Shown here: one piece after another, positions 34,300 to 47,237 of the stretch | How positions within the stretch are numbered: the stretch's first letter is position 1 | Layout of the letters: each line of letters begins with the position of its first letter | NCBI GenBank assembly: GCA_950097015.1 | Contig: CATNEN010000001.1 | Span: forward strand, 20,894,001 to 20,958,000 | Length of the DNA: 64,000 bases | Origin: Macrostomum hystrix | Taxonomy: Eukaryota; Animalia; Platyhelminthes | Reading direction: 5' to 3' | Notes under the pieces: generated by a model | Told to the model about the DNA's origin: nothing | Databases searched by the model: none | What the model saw: only the letters and a program-made list of their open reading frames with translations | Translations under genes and position numbers: made by a program

Positions 34300-35609
34300 G
34301 CAGGTCGAGAGCAGCACCCACCCAGTAGTCGCCATTCTGTAAATGGCGCCGTCACGCTGCCTAGAAAGATATCGCCGCACGGTCGTCTCGGTCTGTTGAT
34401 GTCAGAGACACTGTGGCTTGCGTCGCTCAAATCAGCGATGCGAGTCACGCGGATGCAATGGTTCGTATAACCCTTGCTGAGACTGCACAACTTGCTGAGC
34501 CGCTGCATAAACGTACTTAGCCAGTTGATGCCCCGAACTTGCTTGCTTGAGAATTGATAACGCGAGGCGGTACTAGCCATTGGTCGTGGAAACAGAATCA
34601 TCCTTTGTCTCAGACGGAAGGGCCGATCTATACAGTCGGAGAAGATCGTACTGCTTCCCGTATACTCGAGCTTGCTTGGGATTGAATCGTTTGGCCTTCG
34701 TAGGATCAGCGCTTAGGTTTAAAAACTAAACGTATGAGCCGATTAAATGGTCTGATTAGTTCCTCAAAGAGCAACTATTGATCGGACCTACCTTCGCTGT
34801 CCGTTTTTTCAAGGAGACAATCCCTTCGGCGCAACTGCTTGAGATGCTCCTGGCCTCTTTCGCCAAAAACGTATATCAGCACAAACATGACCTCATCCTG
34901 TAGACGTTCGGCAGTCTGCCGATTGAAGTAGTTGAATATCTTGGAGAGGTCAGTGTTTTCGATAGGCTCGAAGTGCTTTACACTTCCGCCTGAAGCTTGA
35001 AAATCACGGACTTTCATTCGCAGCATACGATTCGCGCTGCCGAATACAGGCGCATCAATGATGTTTATTTCTCGCTTCACGATGTAGTTGAAAAAACGCT
35101 GGATGGCAGCCCTGATGCATACGAGGCTTGATGCTGAATAGTTCGCCATTGGGTTTGGCCAACCGAAAATAGTAAAGACGTAGGTGCTCGTTAAGTTTCT
35201 CCAGCTCCACCGTTCGTAGAACATCCATAGGATAGCCCAGGTTATTCATGTAGATCGCAAACTTCTCTCCATGCTGCAGCATTTGATCTCGCGTAGTTCT
35301 AGGGAGAGAATCCAACTCCATCTTGTCAATGACACTCACGCTGGCACCATCTGACGAGGCGCTGGCACCGTCTGTCGAGGCGCTGGCACCGTCTGTCGAG
35401 GTGCTCGCATTCTCAGACAGCGGAAGATCTGGCAGATCTACTCCCGCGATGTTGTCATCATTGTTGCTGAAGTCGGTGATAAACTTAATAAAGCGTTCCA
35501 GTTCTTTATCCTAGCTGTGGTCTTCATGGCTCAACTCGCTTATCAGCGCCATTTCGCTTGCGGTTACACCATCGAGAGAATCAACAGGCAAAAATTTCCA
35601 GTTTATCAT
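34300..35609 (-). pseudogene. Second Crypton-type tyrosine recombinase, decayed, convergent with the first
   Basis: Motifs LNEHLRLYY...SSLVCIRAAIQR...RLQDEVMF...GERGQEHLK / KQARVYG / LFPRP / YTNHCIRVTRIADL / TVRRYLSRQR. It has an in-frame stop at ~35511, several frameshifts, and a deletion of the TGHK segment. Confidence 0.75.
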
Positions 35610-36344
35610 TTTTGAAAAAAATCCTCTATTTTCTTAACTGATAAATCTTTTTTTAAAGTCTTTAAGTCTAGCTCTAGATCGAGCATTTGCATGTCTATGG
35701 TAAAGAGATCAGATTTTCTATTTCTTTTCTTTAAACTAAAGCACGCCAGTTTTCTAAAAATAGACATGCATTGCCACATATGTGACGATTGTCACAGGCT
35801 ACGTGGGTAGGCTTGGCCAGTAAGACAATAATATTGTGTATATGGTTTCATCATAGACAACTTACCATTGGAGTAAGATAATGTAAATCAATGTTCTCTA
35901 CTTCCACTACGCTACTAACTTCCTGCAGTAACGACGTATGAAATAGTGCCCTCATGTCTGCAAATTCTGCAAATGAGATGCTTAATTTTCACCTTGATTC
36001 GTAATGGCGTATGCTTCTATTACGCCATAGAAAAATACGATTATTTTGGAATTCGGAAACAGAAGCAAATTGTTGCACTATTGAAATAAATATGGGTTCG
36101 ACCTATTTTTCATATATTAGGAAGCCCAATGCAAGCGCGATTGCGCAATGCAAGTTTCCAACCTGGATTTCGGTATCATGTATCCGGGGAAGCGGAAGCA
36201 CGGACGGAGACTGTGGAGGCGTGTAGGGGCTTGAATCACAGTTTTGAAAAGCAAATGCTTCTCAGGCCATCGGTCGTCCCAGCTCGAGGCCCATTGTCTC
36301 GAGCACGGAGCTCGCCGAAAAATGTTAATATTTATATACTATAG

Positions 36345-36730
36345 GGGGGTCGGTGGAAAAACGGTCAACGAGTTTATCTCTCGCACCACGGTCCCTAAGT
36401 TCGATTCCACGGCGAGGGCACATTTATTTTGGGCGCAGCCGCGCAGAGAACGCTTTGGGACTTGTCGTGCAATTTACGCCATTGAGGGCCAAAATCCAAA
36501 GCACAGGGAAATGTAAACTGCCTGACGATGAGAAAGTCAGCGCAGATGTACACACCAACGACCACTAGGAGTAGACTCTCCTCCTACTCCTAGCATAGTC
36601 CTTGGTACACACCTGTGTGAGCGTATGCCTGCGTACGGTATTTGTGTGCGCGTGTACTCTATTGTGTCACCAAATGATGTGCCACTGCCCGAAGCCCTCT
36701 TGCAATTATTATTATTATTATCATTATTAC
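36345..36730 (+). mobile_element. tRNA-derived SINE with an internal ~55-bp insertion
   Basis: B-box GTTCGATTCC, shared body and (ATT)n tail. It carries the extra hairpin CTAGGAGTAG-n9-CTACTCCTAG. Confidence 0.8.
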
Positions 36731-39700
36731 TGTTTGATAGCGTATTCATATTTTTATTAGATAAACAAATTAATATGTATCTGTGCTTATAATTTAAGTA
36801 CTGTGGTTTAAAATTTAGTTTTAACTTCAATTTTTTACTTTTGTTTAAATGAACATCAAAGCTTGTGTTCTTGGAATAGAAACAGACTGTGAACGGATAC
36901 TTGCGTCGCGTGCATGCTTTTAATACTCTGTCTTTCTCTCGGTTATGAGTTATTTAGCTTAGCTACGTCTTGTAAGCAACTTTTGTATGTCCTTTTAGTA
37001 CATACAAAATATGGGTACCACAGGCTTTGCTTTACCTCAGTACTGAACATGATCTGAAATAATTTCTGTTTCGCTACACCAATAGGGGGCCTACTAAGAG
37101 AAAAAAATAGTACACCACACGCTTGTTTGAAATAAGCATCAAAGGCTAGCTTTATAAAGCACACCCAAATGAGCTGTATAACCTTATTACCATTGGTGAA
37201 ATAACTATTTGATTGTTGATTTTCTTTCTAGCTAGTCTGCTATAAATTAAATTAAGATATGTGGCCTAATAACAACGAAAATTCTGTTGGCTTCTACTTA
37301 TCAATATATGGTTAATGACCAAATCCGATGTATGTTTTCAGCAAATTTTAATTACTTAACTATCTATTATTTGTGAGGAACAGAAATTCACAAGCAGAGC
37401 AGTCTAGTTGGCCAACTTGGCATTAACTGAAATGAGATCAATGGCTGCTATCATGTAATGGAAGTTGAGTCTGATTTTTTACTTCTTTGACTAGGCCCCT
37501 AATTTGAACATACTATTGAACTATTATATTTCATACATAGATGGTATAGGCCTGCTTTTCATTCTGCATGCAGTGACACCCTGCTATGCACAAGACAGAC
37601 CACTTGCTAAATCATGAATATGAATGGTTAGTTAACTAGGTTGACGGTCATTTCGTCTGCCGCCTTTTCGTCTGCCAATATACGATATAGTTGTTTTGTC
37701 TGCTAATATATATAATATATAAATCGGAATAACTAATTATGTCATCAAGCTTCGCATGGAAGTGTAATGTAAATGTCTTATTAATTATAATTTATTATAA
37801 TGCTAGGATTTTTCTGAAAGTTCCGGAGCTAATATGTTGCATATAAATACACAAAGCCAATATCTCCAACCGTTTAGTTTCCTTCCAACTTTCTTTTTTT
37901 GTGTATGTAAACTCATATGCAATTTATTCACGAATACAAGTAGCTTAAATCAGCCGTGTTGACGACTCTTAGGCTACATCGAACATGCGCGACGGTCGCC
38001 TAATAGGCAACTCCGAACATGTTCTTTGTTCCAAGAACATGTTCTTTTAAATTAATAAGGCTACTTAATGTATATTAATGAATTAATAACATAAAGAAAA
38101 AACTATGCCTTCCTTGGCATAAGGTCAACAAACAAGACAGAGTTAAACCATGTGTGTGTGTTAAACCATACTAGACATAGACAAAGAGAGTACAATGCAT
38201 AACAGAATTTGTACACTGCATTTGATTTGATAGCCATGAGAAAATAGCCTTTAAAATGAGACATATCTTATTTAGGCTGGAGACTAAATTGATATAGACA
38301 CAGAAGTACTTAATCAATATGAACCTGTGCATAGCATATATATTTTATCAAGATGATTTTTGCAACAAAAGCTACAGCAGACAACTTTGTTTAAATTACC
38401 CTTATAGCAGATAATTTTGTACAAAGTTTCTTTAAAAGACAAGTTAGCTGATAAGATAAGATGGTGACAGACAAAAATACTAGAAATAAATAGTTTAAAG
38501 GTTAGAAAAAAGTCCACATATAATTATATTTATTTATGTACTTAACAGTGTGAATATAAGCAATAAGAAAAAACAACTTGCTTAAAATCTTAATATTGTA
38601 ACAAATAGTAATTTAACAAAAATAATAATTTAATTTACATTTTTACCTGGCAATCTAGGCAAAGCCAAGGGAAAGCAGTTGAACTATTGCCAATCACAAA
38701 ATATTTGCAAAATTTTCAAACCATTCAATTGCAAAAAGTCCCCAATGTGCCTACTTGAACATGATTGAGTAAATTGTAAGAAATGCTATATTTTTATGAG
38801 AAAATTTATATACAACTTACAGTTTTAAGCTCACTAATGTATTAGTATAATGGAGTTTTTGTTGCTTGAGTTTGTGACAATTTCTTGGTTGCTTGCCCAA
38901 TCATTTACATTGAGCATAATGCAACCAATTTGTTTGAAATATGGTGCAAAATATGCAATGCATTCATCAAATCATCCAACCACCAGTGACTAAAAGAAAA
39001 TTACAACTCAAAACAAAGCCAGTTTAATGCAGTTAAACAAAACATTTAAAGTTAAATATGAAACAAAATAGAAACAATGATGTCTCAAAGAGCAAAAAAC
39101 ATTTTCTTGCATACTTGTAGTTTGTCATATATTTGTATTTCTGATACAAAAGCCTTGGTTCTGGTGAAAACCAAATTGTATGAAAATGTACTAGAAAGCA
39201 AGACTGGGATCAAAAAGGCCTGGTGCCAAAAAGCAGAGGCACCAATTGTAAGATATCTGTGGCCTCAGGTCTGTAAGCCAATCCATTTTTCTTTGTAGCT
39301 AGTATAAGAGTCAATTTTAGTTTTTATCTTGTTAGTAACTTTGCATATTTGTTAGACCTTCTGTTAACTTGCTTCTGTGCATTTTGGCCACCTTAAATAT
39401 ACCTGTCAATTGTTTGGCATGCCGCAAGTGCATGCTAACCATGAATACCAAATTGTGCATGTTTGGCCAATCTATGCTCTCAGTTTTAAGATCCAGACAG
39501 TCTTATTATAAGTACTAATAATTCCAGGATGGCTGCTGGCAATGACACATTTTGTGACAATAAGCTGACAGCAACTATAAACTATATATAGAGGGTCCTT
39601 TTAATTTTTAATGGATTTTTAAGCTTTAAAAAGCCATAGCCAAAAGGATAAATCATAAAAATAGGTCCAGCAGTCTTAACACTTTTTGAACCTCCATATT

Positions 39701-39781
39701 GCTTAGCTCTTATCATTGCAATTGAAATCTATAAGTTTGATTATAACAACACCAATAATTTTTTATTTCATTGTTTAAAAG

Positions 39782-42700
39782 GCCTCAGTCGGTGCCAGCC
39801 CATTCACACTTTCGGCTCAAATTGAGCCAATCCAGCCGCATTCTGTGCACACGCTGGTGTTTCGCTCTCTGAAAAGAACCCACGACATGTTCCTGTCTGA
39901 GCGGGACCGTCTGCCAGCACCTGATGAGGTTGCTGACAAGCTCAGGCGCGGTGTCAAGGCTCGAGACCAATTCGGTCCCGTGCTGCACCTGCAGTCAGCT
40001 GCTGGAGGCAAGGCTGCTAGGACTGCAGCCAGCAAACAGGTTAGTCACATGATATGGGATAATGTGATATCCCGTGCTAAGGATATGGGATAATGTGTGT
40101 GATCTACCATGCTTAGAACATGAGATCGTGTGGCTGATATCATATCTTTAGGAAATAGGATAATGTGACAGACATCCCATGCTAAGAATTAGAATACTGT
40201 GGATGTGATTTCCCACGCTTTGGATATGGGATAATGTGTCTAAAAGCCCATGCTCAGGATAGGGGATAATGTGTCTAATATTCCATGCTCAGGATAGGGG
40301 ATAATGTGTCTAATATTCCATGCTCAGGATAGGGGATACTGTGTCTGATATTCCATGCTCAGGATAGGGGATAGTGTGTCTGATATTCTATGCTCAGGAT
40401 AGGGGATAATGTGTCTGATATTCCATGCCCAGGATAGGGGATAATGTGTCTGATATTCCATGCCCAGGATAGGGGATAATGTGTCTGATATTCCATGCCC
40501 AGGATAGGGGATAATGTGTCTGATATTCTATGCTCAGGATAATAGAACGACTTACTTTATCAGGCAGCCATCGCCGCCGGTCCGTCTGACGGATCGGCTG
40601 ACTCTTCCACTGCTCTGGTGTCTGCAGCTGGTACTGCTCAGGGAGCCGCTGCAGCCGCCGCCGCCGCCTCGACGGAATCAGCTGCCACCTCCGTCCAGAT
40701 CGGAGACGAGAGAATGCTGGTGCCTAGGAAGGCCCCGCTCATGCCCCGGCCTGACTGGCACGCGCCATGGAAACTCTACCGGGTCATCTCGGGTCACACG
40801 GGCTGGGTCAGGTGAGTCATTGGCTTACTCATATTGGCGCGGAGTTTTTGATGAGGTGGGTCGTTGACTGCCATTAGGTGACGATTTCCACATACTCTGA
40901 CTCCAGATGCGTAGCCCTGGACCCGCTGAATCGTTTCTTTGTGACCGGCGCCGCTGATCGCCTCATCAAAATCTGGGACCTTGCCAGCGGCACCCTCAAA
41001 CTGTCACTCACTGGACACATCAGCACCGTGCGTGGTGTTCAGGTGAGTGTTGAGCTGGTTCTGCATTCCTGTTAACAATGCGAGTGTTACTGATTGTCAC
41101 TAAGAATATGGGTCCTGAATTCATCGGCAGTCTAAGCAGTTAATTTCAGTAAGCCACGGTAAGTTTAAGTGAGTCATTCTCAGTCTAAGTGGGTCATAGT
41201 CAGTCCAAGTGGGTCATGGTTAGTCTAAGTAGGTCATGGTCAGTCCAAGTGGGTCATGGTCAGTCCAAGTGGGTCATGGTTAGTCTAAGTGAGTCATGGT
41301 CAGTCCAAGTGAGTCATGGTCAGTCCAAGTGGGTCATGGTTAGTCCCAGTGGGTCATGGTTAGTCTAAGTGAGTCATGTTTAGTCCAAGTGGGTCATGGT
41401 CAGTCTAATTGGCTCATTATCAATCTATGTAGGTCATAATCAGTCTAAGTGGGTCTTTTAAAATATTTGTCGGTCATATTCAGTATAAATGTGTCATAAT
41501 CAACATAAGTGAGTCATAATCAGTCTAAGTGGGTCATGGTCAGTCCAAGTGGGTCATGGTTAGTCTAAGAGGGTCATGGTCAGTCCAAGTGGGTCATAGT
41601 TAGTCTAAGGGAGTCATTGTTAGTCTAAGTGGGTCATGGTCAGTCTAAGTGGGTCATGGTCAGTCTAAGTATGTCATGGTCAGTCCAAGTGGGTCATAGT
41701 TAGTCTAAGGGAGTCATTGTTAGTCTAAGTGGGTCATAATCAGTCTAAGTGGGTCATGGTTAGTCTAAGAGGGTCATGGTCAGTCCAAGTGGGTCATAGT
41801 TAGTCTAAGGGAGTCATTGTTAGTCTAAGTGGGTCATGGTCAGTCCAAGTGGGTCATATTTAGTCTAAGGGAGTCATTGTTAGTCTAAGTGGGTCATGGT
41901 CAGTCCAAGTGGGTCATGGTCAGTCTAAGTGGGTCATGGTCAGTCTAAGTATGTCATGGTCAGTCTAAGTGGGTCATGGTCAGTCTAAGTGGGTCATGGT
42001 CAGTCTAAGTGGGTCATGGTCAGTCTAAGTGGGTCATGGTCAGTCTAAGTGGGTCATGTTTATCTAAGTGGGCTAATGGCAGTCTCTGCGCTCAATGGCA
42101 GTCTAGCTGGGTCAGTGCTTTTTAACTGAAATCAGTTGACTGTTGGCTTAAAGACGATGAAAGAAGAGTTCAATGATTTCAACGTTCTCCAAGTTGCTGA
42201 CCAAAGCCTGTCGCCAATCCACCCACAGGTGAGCGACCGCCATCCCTTCCTGTTTAGCTGCAGCGAGGACAAAACCGTGCGCTGCTGGGATTTGGAGGAG
42301 AACAAAGTCGTGCGCCACTACCACGGCCACCTGAGCGCTGTCTATGGCCTGGCCCTGCACCCCACACTGGACCTGCTGGTCACCTGCGGCAGGGACGCCA
42401 CGGCCAGGCTGTGGGACATGAGAACCAAGCTGTGCATTCACACCCTCACTGGCCACAGCAACACGGTTGCCGCTGTGGCCTGCCAGAGCTCCGAGCCGCA
42501 GCTCATCACGGGATCTCACGACTGCACCGTCCGACTGTGGGATATCGTTGCTGGCAGGTGGATCTAAAATCCCATCAAATCATTTACTCATCCTGAAATG
42601 CCATTTCATTCTAAAATCCTTATGACCCATCTCATCCTGAAATGCCATCTCATTCTAAAATCCTTATGACCCATCTCATCCTGAAATGCCATCTCATTCT

Positions 42701-43511
42701 AAAATCCTTATGACCCATCTCATCCTGAAATGCCATCTCATTCTAAAATCCTTATGACCCATCTCATCCTTATGACCCATCTCATCCTTATGACCCATCT
42801 CATCCTTATGACCCATCTCATCCTTATGACCCATCTCATCCTTATGACCCATCTCATCCTTATGACCCATCTCATCCTTATGACCCATCTCATCCTTATG
42901 ACCCATCTCATCCTTATGACCCATCTCATCCTTTTGACCCATCTCATCCTTTTGACCCATCTCATCCTTATGACCCATCTCATCCTTATGACCCATCTCA
43001 TCGTTATGACCTATCTCATATTAATCCCACTAACCTGTGCGCCCCCTTCCGCAGATCCCTGGTGACGCTGACCAATCACAAGAAGTCGGTACGCGCCCTT
43101 GCTATCCACCCCACCCAGTACACCTTTGCCACCGGGGCGCCAGACAACATCAAGCAGTGGAAGTTCCCAGACGGCCAGTTCCTGCAGAACTTCAGCGGTC
43201 ACAACGCCATCGTGAATGCGCTTGCGCTGAACGAAGACGGTGTACTGGTCAGCGGCGCTGACAATGGCTCCGTGCACATGTGGGATTGGCGCACCGGCAG
43301 CTGCTTCCAGAAACTCACCAGCCCCGTCCAGCCAGGCTCCATTGACTCGGAGGCCGGCATCTTTGCCATGGCCTTCGATCGCTCGGGCTCCAGGCTGATC
43401 ACGGCCGAGGCTGACAAGACTGTCAAGATCTACAAGGAGGACGAGACGGCCACCGAGGAGACGCACCCGGTCAACTGGCGACCCGGACTGCTGAAGAAGT
43501 CCCGGTACTGA
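39782..43511 (+). CDS. PLRG1: Pleiotropic regulator 1 / Prp46 (WD40 spliceosomal Prp19-complex protein), ~475 aa without initiator Met
   Basis: Exons 39782-40039, 40564-40811, 40907-41042, 42229-42557 and 43055-43511, all GT..AG and in phase. Hallmark motifs [79 protein letters not shown]. The start codon was not located. Confidence 0.95.
40200..40545. repeat. 35-bp minisatellite in PLRG1 intron
   Basis: (GATAGGGGATAATGTGTCTGATATTCCATGCTCAG)n is visible. Confidence 0.9.
41160..42070. repeat. 20-bp minisatellite (CAGTCTAAGTGGGTCATGGT)n in PLRG1 intron
   Basis: Visible tandem array. Confidence 0.95.
42585..43020. repeat. 45-bp then 18-bp minisatellite (ATGACCCATCTCATCCTT)n in PLRG1 intron
   Basis: Visible tandem array. 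It explains the MGHKDE/MTHLIL ORFs. Confidence 0.95.
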
Positions 43512-43631
43512 GGGGCTCTGGAACTGCTGGCGACTTTGATGGAATGGAATGCCATTAGTTTGTGTACTCATTTGTGTTTTTGTAGCCTGTAGGGTCTACA
43601 TTTCAACCCATTAGGCCATGTTTGAATTTCT

Positions 43632-44320
43632 TGTCATGGTAAATCTACTTGGGTCATGGTTAATCTACTTGGGTCATGGTTAATCTACTTTAGTCATGGT
43701 AAATCTACTTTAGTCATGGTAAATCTACTTGGGTCATGGTTAATCTACTTGGGTCATGGTTAATCTACTTGGGTCATGGTTAATCTACTTGGTCATGGTA
43801 AATCTACTTGGGTCATGGTTAATCTACTTTAGTCATGGTAAATCTACTTGGGTCATGGTTAATCTACTTTAGTCATGGTAAATCTACTTGGGTCATGGTT
43901 AATCTACTTTAGTCATGGTAAATCTACTTGGGTCATGGTTAATCTACTTTAGTCATGGTAAATCTACTTGGGTCATGGTTAATCTACTTTGATCATGGTA
44001 AACCTACTTGGGTCATGGTAAATCTACTTGGGTCATGGTAAATCTACTTTGGTCATGGTAAATATACTTGGGTCATGGTAAATCTACTTTGGTCATGGTA
44101 AATATACTTGGGTCATGGTAAATCTACTTTGGTCATGTTAAATCTACTTGGGTCATGGTTAATCTACTTTGGTCATGGTAAATCTACGTGGGTCATGGTC
44201 TGTGTATGTGGGTCATAGTCAGTGTACGTGGGGCGTGGTCAGTGAATTTGGGTCATGGTCTGTGTATGTGGGTCATAGTCAGTGTGTTTGGGTCATGGTC
44301 TGTGTATTGGGTCATAGTCA
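43632..44320. repeat. 20-bp minisatellite (AATCTACTTGGGTCATGGTW)n just downstream of PLRG1 stop
   Basis: Visible tandem array. Confidence 0.95.
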
Positions 44321-44984
44321 ATATAATTTGGTTGTTGTTAGTCTTTGAATGAAAATGTAATATTTTGACATTTTTTCTACCTGGCTCATGGTAATATAGA
44401 TTTAGTTCGTGATGGGGCTTTTAGATAATAATAATTAGTATACTTATCAAGGTTTTGATCTGTCCACTTGCGTCTTGAGGTCAGTTTAGGTTAGGGTTTA
44501 TAATTTTCATAAATTTTCATTGCCTGAAATTGCATCAAATGCTATAATATGATTTGTTTATTGCTAATAGTAATAAATAAACGAATCACACTTGATGAGT
44601 TTAGTGTACAAAAGCCATATCGCAGCAGAAATTCAACTCGCGTTGAGTCGCATTTCGAGCGTAAAAAATTTTCTTTGGTCTCTGACGAACCTTTTTATTT
44701 CCTACCTTTTTATTTATGATCGCGTAGCAAAAATATCTATCTGCTACTTATAGTACTTAATTTAGTAGGCATGGGAATGCATAAAGTGTGAAGTTCAATT
44801 GTATTATCTTCGAGTTGCTTGTCTAGCAACATTTGCGTCCAAGGTATTGTACAGCTGTTTAGTCCATGGACCTTTTAATTTAAAAAAGTTTCTCCATCAA
44901 ATACTCTTAGTTTGATAGTTTACGCTAAATTCTGTAAATGCAGTATTTTCGGAAAATGAGCGACACCCTTAACCTAGACAGTCA

Positions 44985-46462
44985 GGGTCAGTGGGAGACA
45001 TTGGGAGATTGTGGGAGACTTTGGAAGACAGTGGGAGACATTGGGAGACATTGGGAGACAGTGGGAGACATTGGGAGACATTGGGAGACATTGAAAGACA
45101 GTGGGAGACATTGGGAGGCATTGGGAGACTGGCAGACAGTATAATAAAGTAGGAGACATTGGGAGACAGTCGGAGACATTAGGAGACAGTGGGAGACAGT
45201 AGGAGACAGCAGGAGACAGTAGGATACAGTGGGAGACAGCAGGATACAGTGGGAGACAGTAGGATACAGTGGGAGACAGTATAATACAGTCGGAGACAGT
45301 AGGATACAGTAGGAGACAGTAGGATACAGTGGGAGACAGTAGGATACAGTAGGATACAGTGGGAGACACTAGGATACAGTGGGAGACAGTAGAATACAGT
45401 AGGAGACAGTATAATACAGTGGGAGACCGTAGGATACAGTAGGAGACAGTGGGAGACAGTAGGATACAGTGGGAGACAGTAGGATACAGTAGGATACAGT
45501 GGGAGACAGTGGGATACAGGGGGAGACAGTAGGATACAGTGGGACACAGTAGGATACAGTGGGAGACAGTAGGAGACAGTAGAATACAGTAGGAGACAGA
45601 ATAATACAGTGGGAGACAGCAGGAGACAGTGGGAGACAGTAGGATACAGTGGGAGACAGTATTATACAGTGGGAGACAGTAGGATACAGTAGGATACAGT
45701 GGGAGACAGTGGGATACAGGGGGAGACAGTAGGATACAGTGGGAGACAGTAGGATACAGGGGGAGACAGTAGGATACAGTGGGAGACAGCAGGATACAGT
45801 GGGAGACAGTAGGACACGGTAGGATACAGTAGGATACAGTGGGAGACAGTAGAATACAGTAGGAGACAGTAGGATACAGTAGGAGACAGTATAATACAGT
45901 GGGAGACAGCAGGAGACAGTAGGATACAGTGGGAGACAGTAGGATACAGTAGGATACAGTGGGAGACAGTAGGATACAGTAGGATACAGTGGGAGACAGT
46001 GGGATACAGGGGGAGACAGTAGGATACAGTGGGAGACAGCAGGATACAGTGGGAGACAGTAGGACACGGTAGGATACAGTAGGATACAGTGGGAGACAGT
46101 AGAATACAGTAGGAGACAGTAGGATACAGTAGGAGACAGTGGGAGACAGTAGGATACAGTAGGAGACAGTATAATACAGTGGGAGACAGCAGGAGACAGT
46201 GGGAGACAGTAGGATACAGTGGGAGACAGTAGGATACAGTAGGATACAGTGGGAGACAGTAGGATACAGTAGGATACAGTGGGAGACAGTGGGATACAGG
46301 GGGAGACAGTAGGATACAGTGGGAGACAGTAGGATACAGTGGGAGACAGTAGGAGACAGTGGGAGACAGTAGGAGACAGTAGAATACAGTAGGAGACAGT
46401 ATAATACAGTGGGAGACAGCAGGAGACAGTGGGAGACAGTAGGATACAGTGGGAGACAGTAG
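44985..46462. repeat. 10-bp-unit satellite (RGGAKACAGT)n, left part
   Basis: Visible array that continues after the inserted element at 54086. Confidence 0.96.
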
Positions 46463-47237
46463 CCCGGTGTAAAAAAACGAATCCGGCGGACACTGATTCG
46501 TCAGGCTCCATCTGATATGGTTAGGTATAAAGTGATCTGAGTCCGCCGGATTCAGATTTCATGCCCACAGCGGATCTGAATAGGACTGTCATTTTAATGC
46601 TTATTATTTTACTACTATAAGTAAGCAGTTGAGCTTTTAAGCATTAAATCTTTTGAATCTTCGAATCGTATTTTGATTTGACTGTGTTATATTTTCAAAA
46701 TGATGATAAAACACATGGAAATTGCGGTTGCACGCATCATGAATAATATAGAGCATAAGCTCATTTTTATTGGTACGAGAACGAGTATATAATTGTAATA
46801 TGGAACTTTACGAATTACAATTCGCAATTTGAATTACACTTCACGTGTAGTGGCGGATCCAGGATTTTAAAAGTCCATGTAGGGTGTAGTGGAGGACATG
46901 TGAGTACAGAAGCTAGAAGCAAAGTAATTTGCGTGTATGTACTGCATGTATGCGCAAGACAAGATCTTGAGAATATAATACTCTTACAGTGCTTGCATAT
47001 AATTTAGAACATGGAGCAGCGCAAATGAAACTAATTTTAATGGGTGTGGAATTAAAAAAGTCGCTTAACCTGAATGTGATGCCAGTGAAAACCCGTAACA
47101 ACAGCTAGAGTTCGTGCAATTCTTTTACGCAGTTCATTAATTTAATTCATTGAGCCTCAGAGGAGTCTAAACCCCAAATGGAGTCTAAACCCTAAAGCCT
47201 TCAAACCCCTTTCGATTCCCCAAGAAGCAATTGTTGT

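Noticed and set aside
32700-35609. Nearby tyrosine recombinases as the dedicated invertase for the crumbs inverted repeat
   Set aside because: Both are frameshifted transposon-type genes 16 kb away. No short recombination sites are evident, and 1.27-kb arms suit homologous recombination.
46848-47220. GTGGCGGATCCAGGATTTT MITE-like terminus inside the EnSpm element
   Set aside because: No matching opposite terminus or TSD could be identified.
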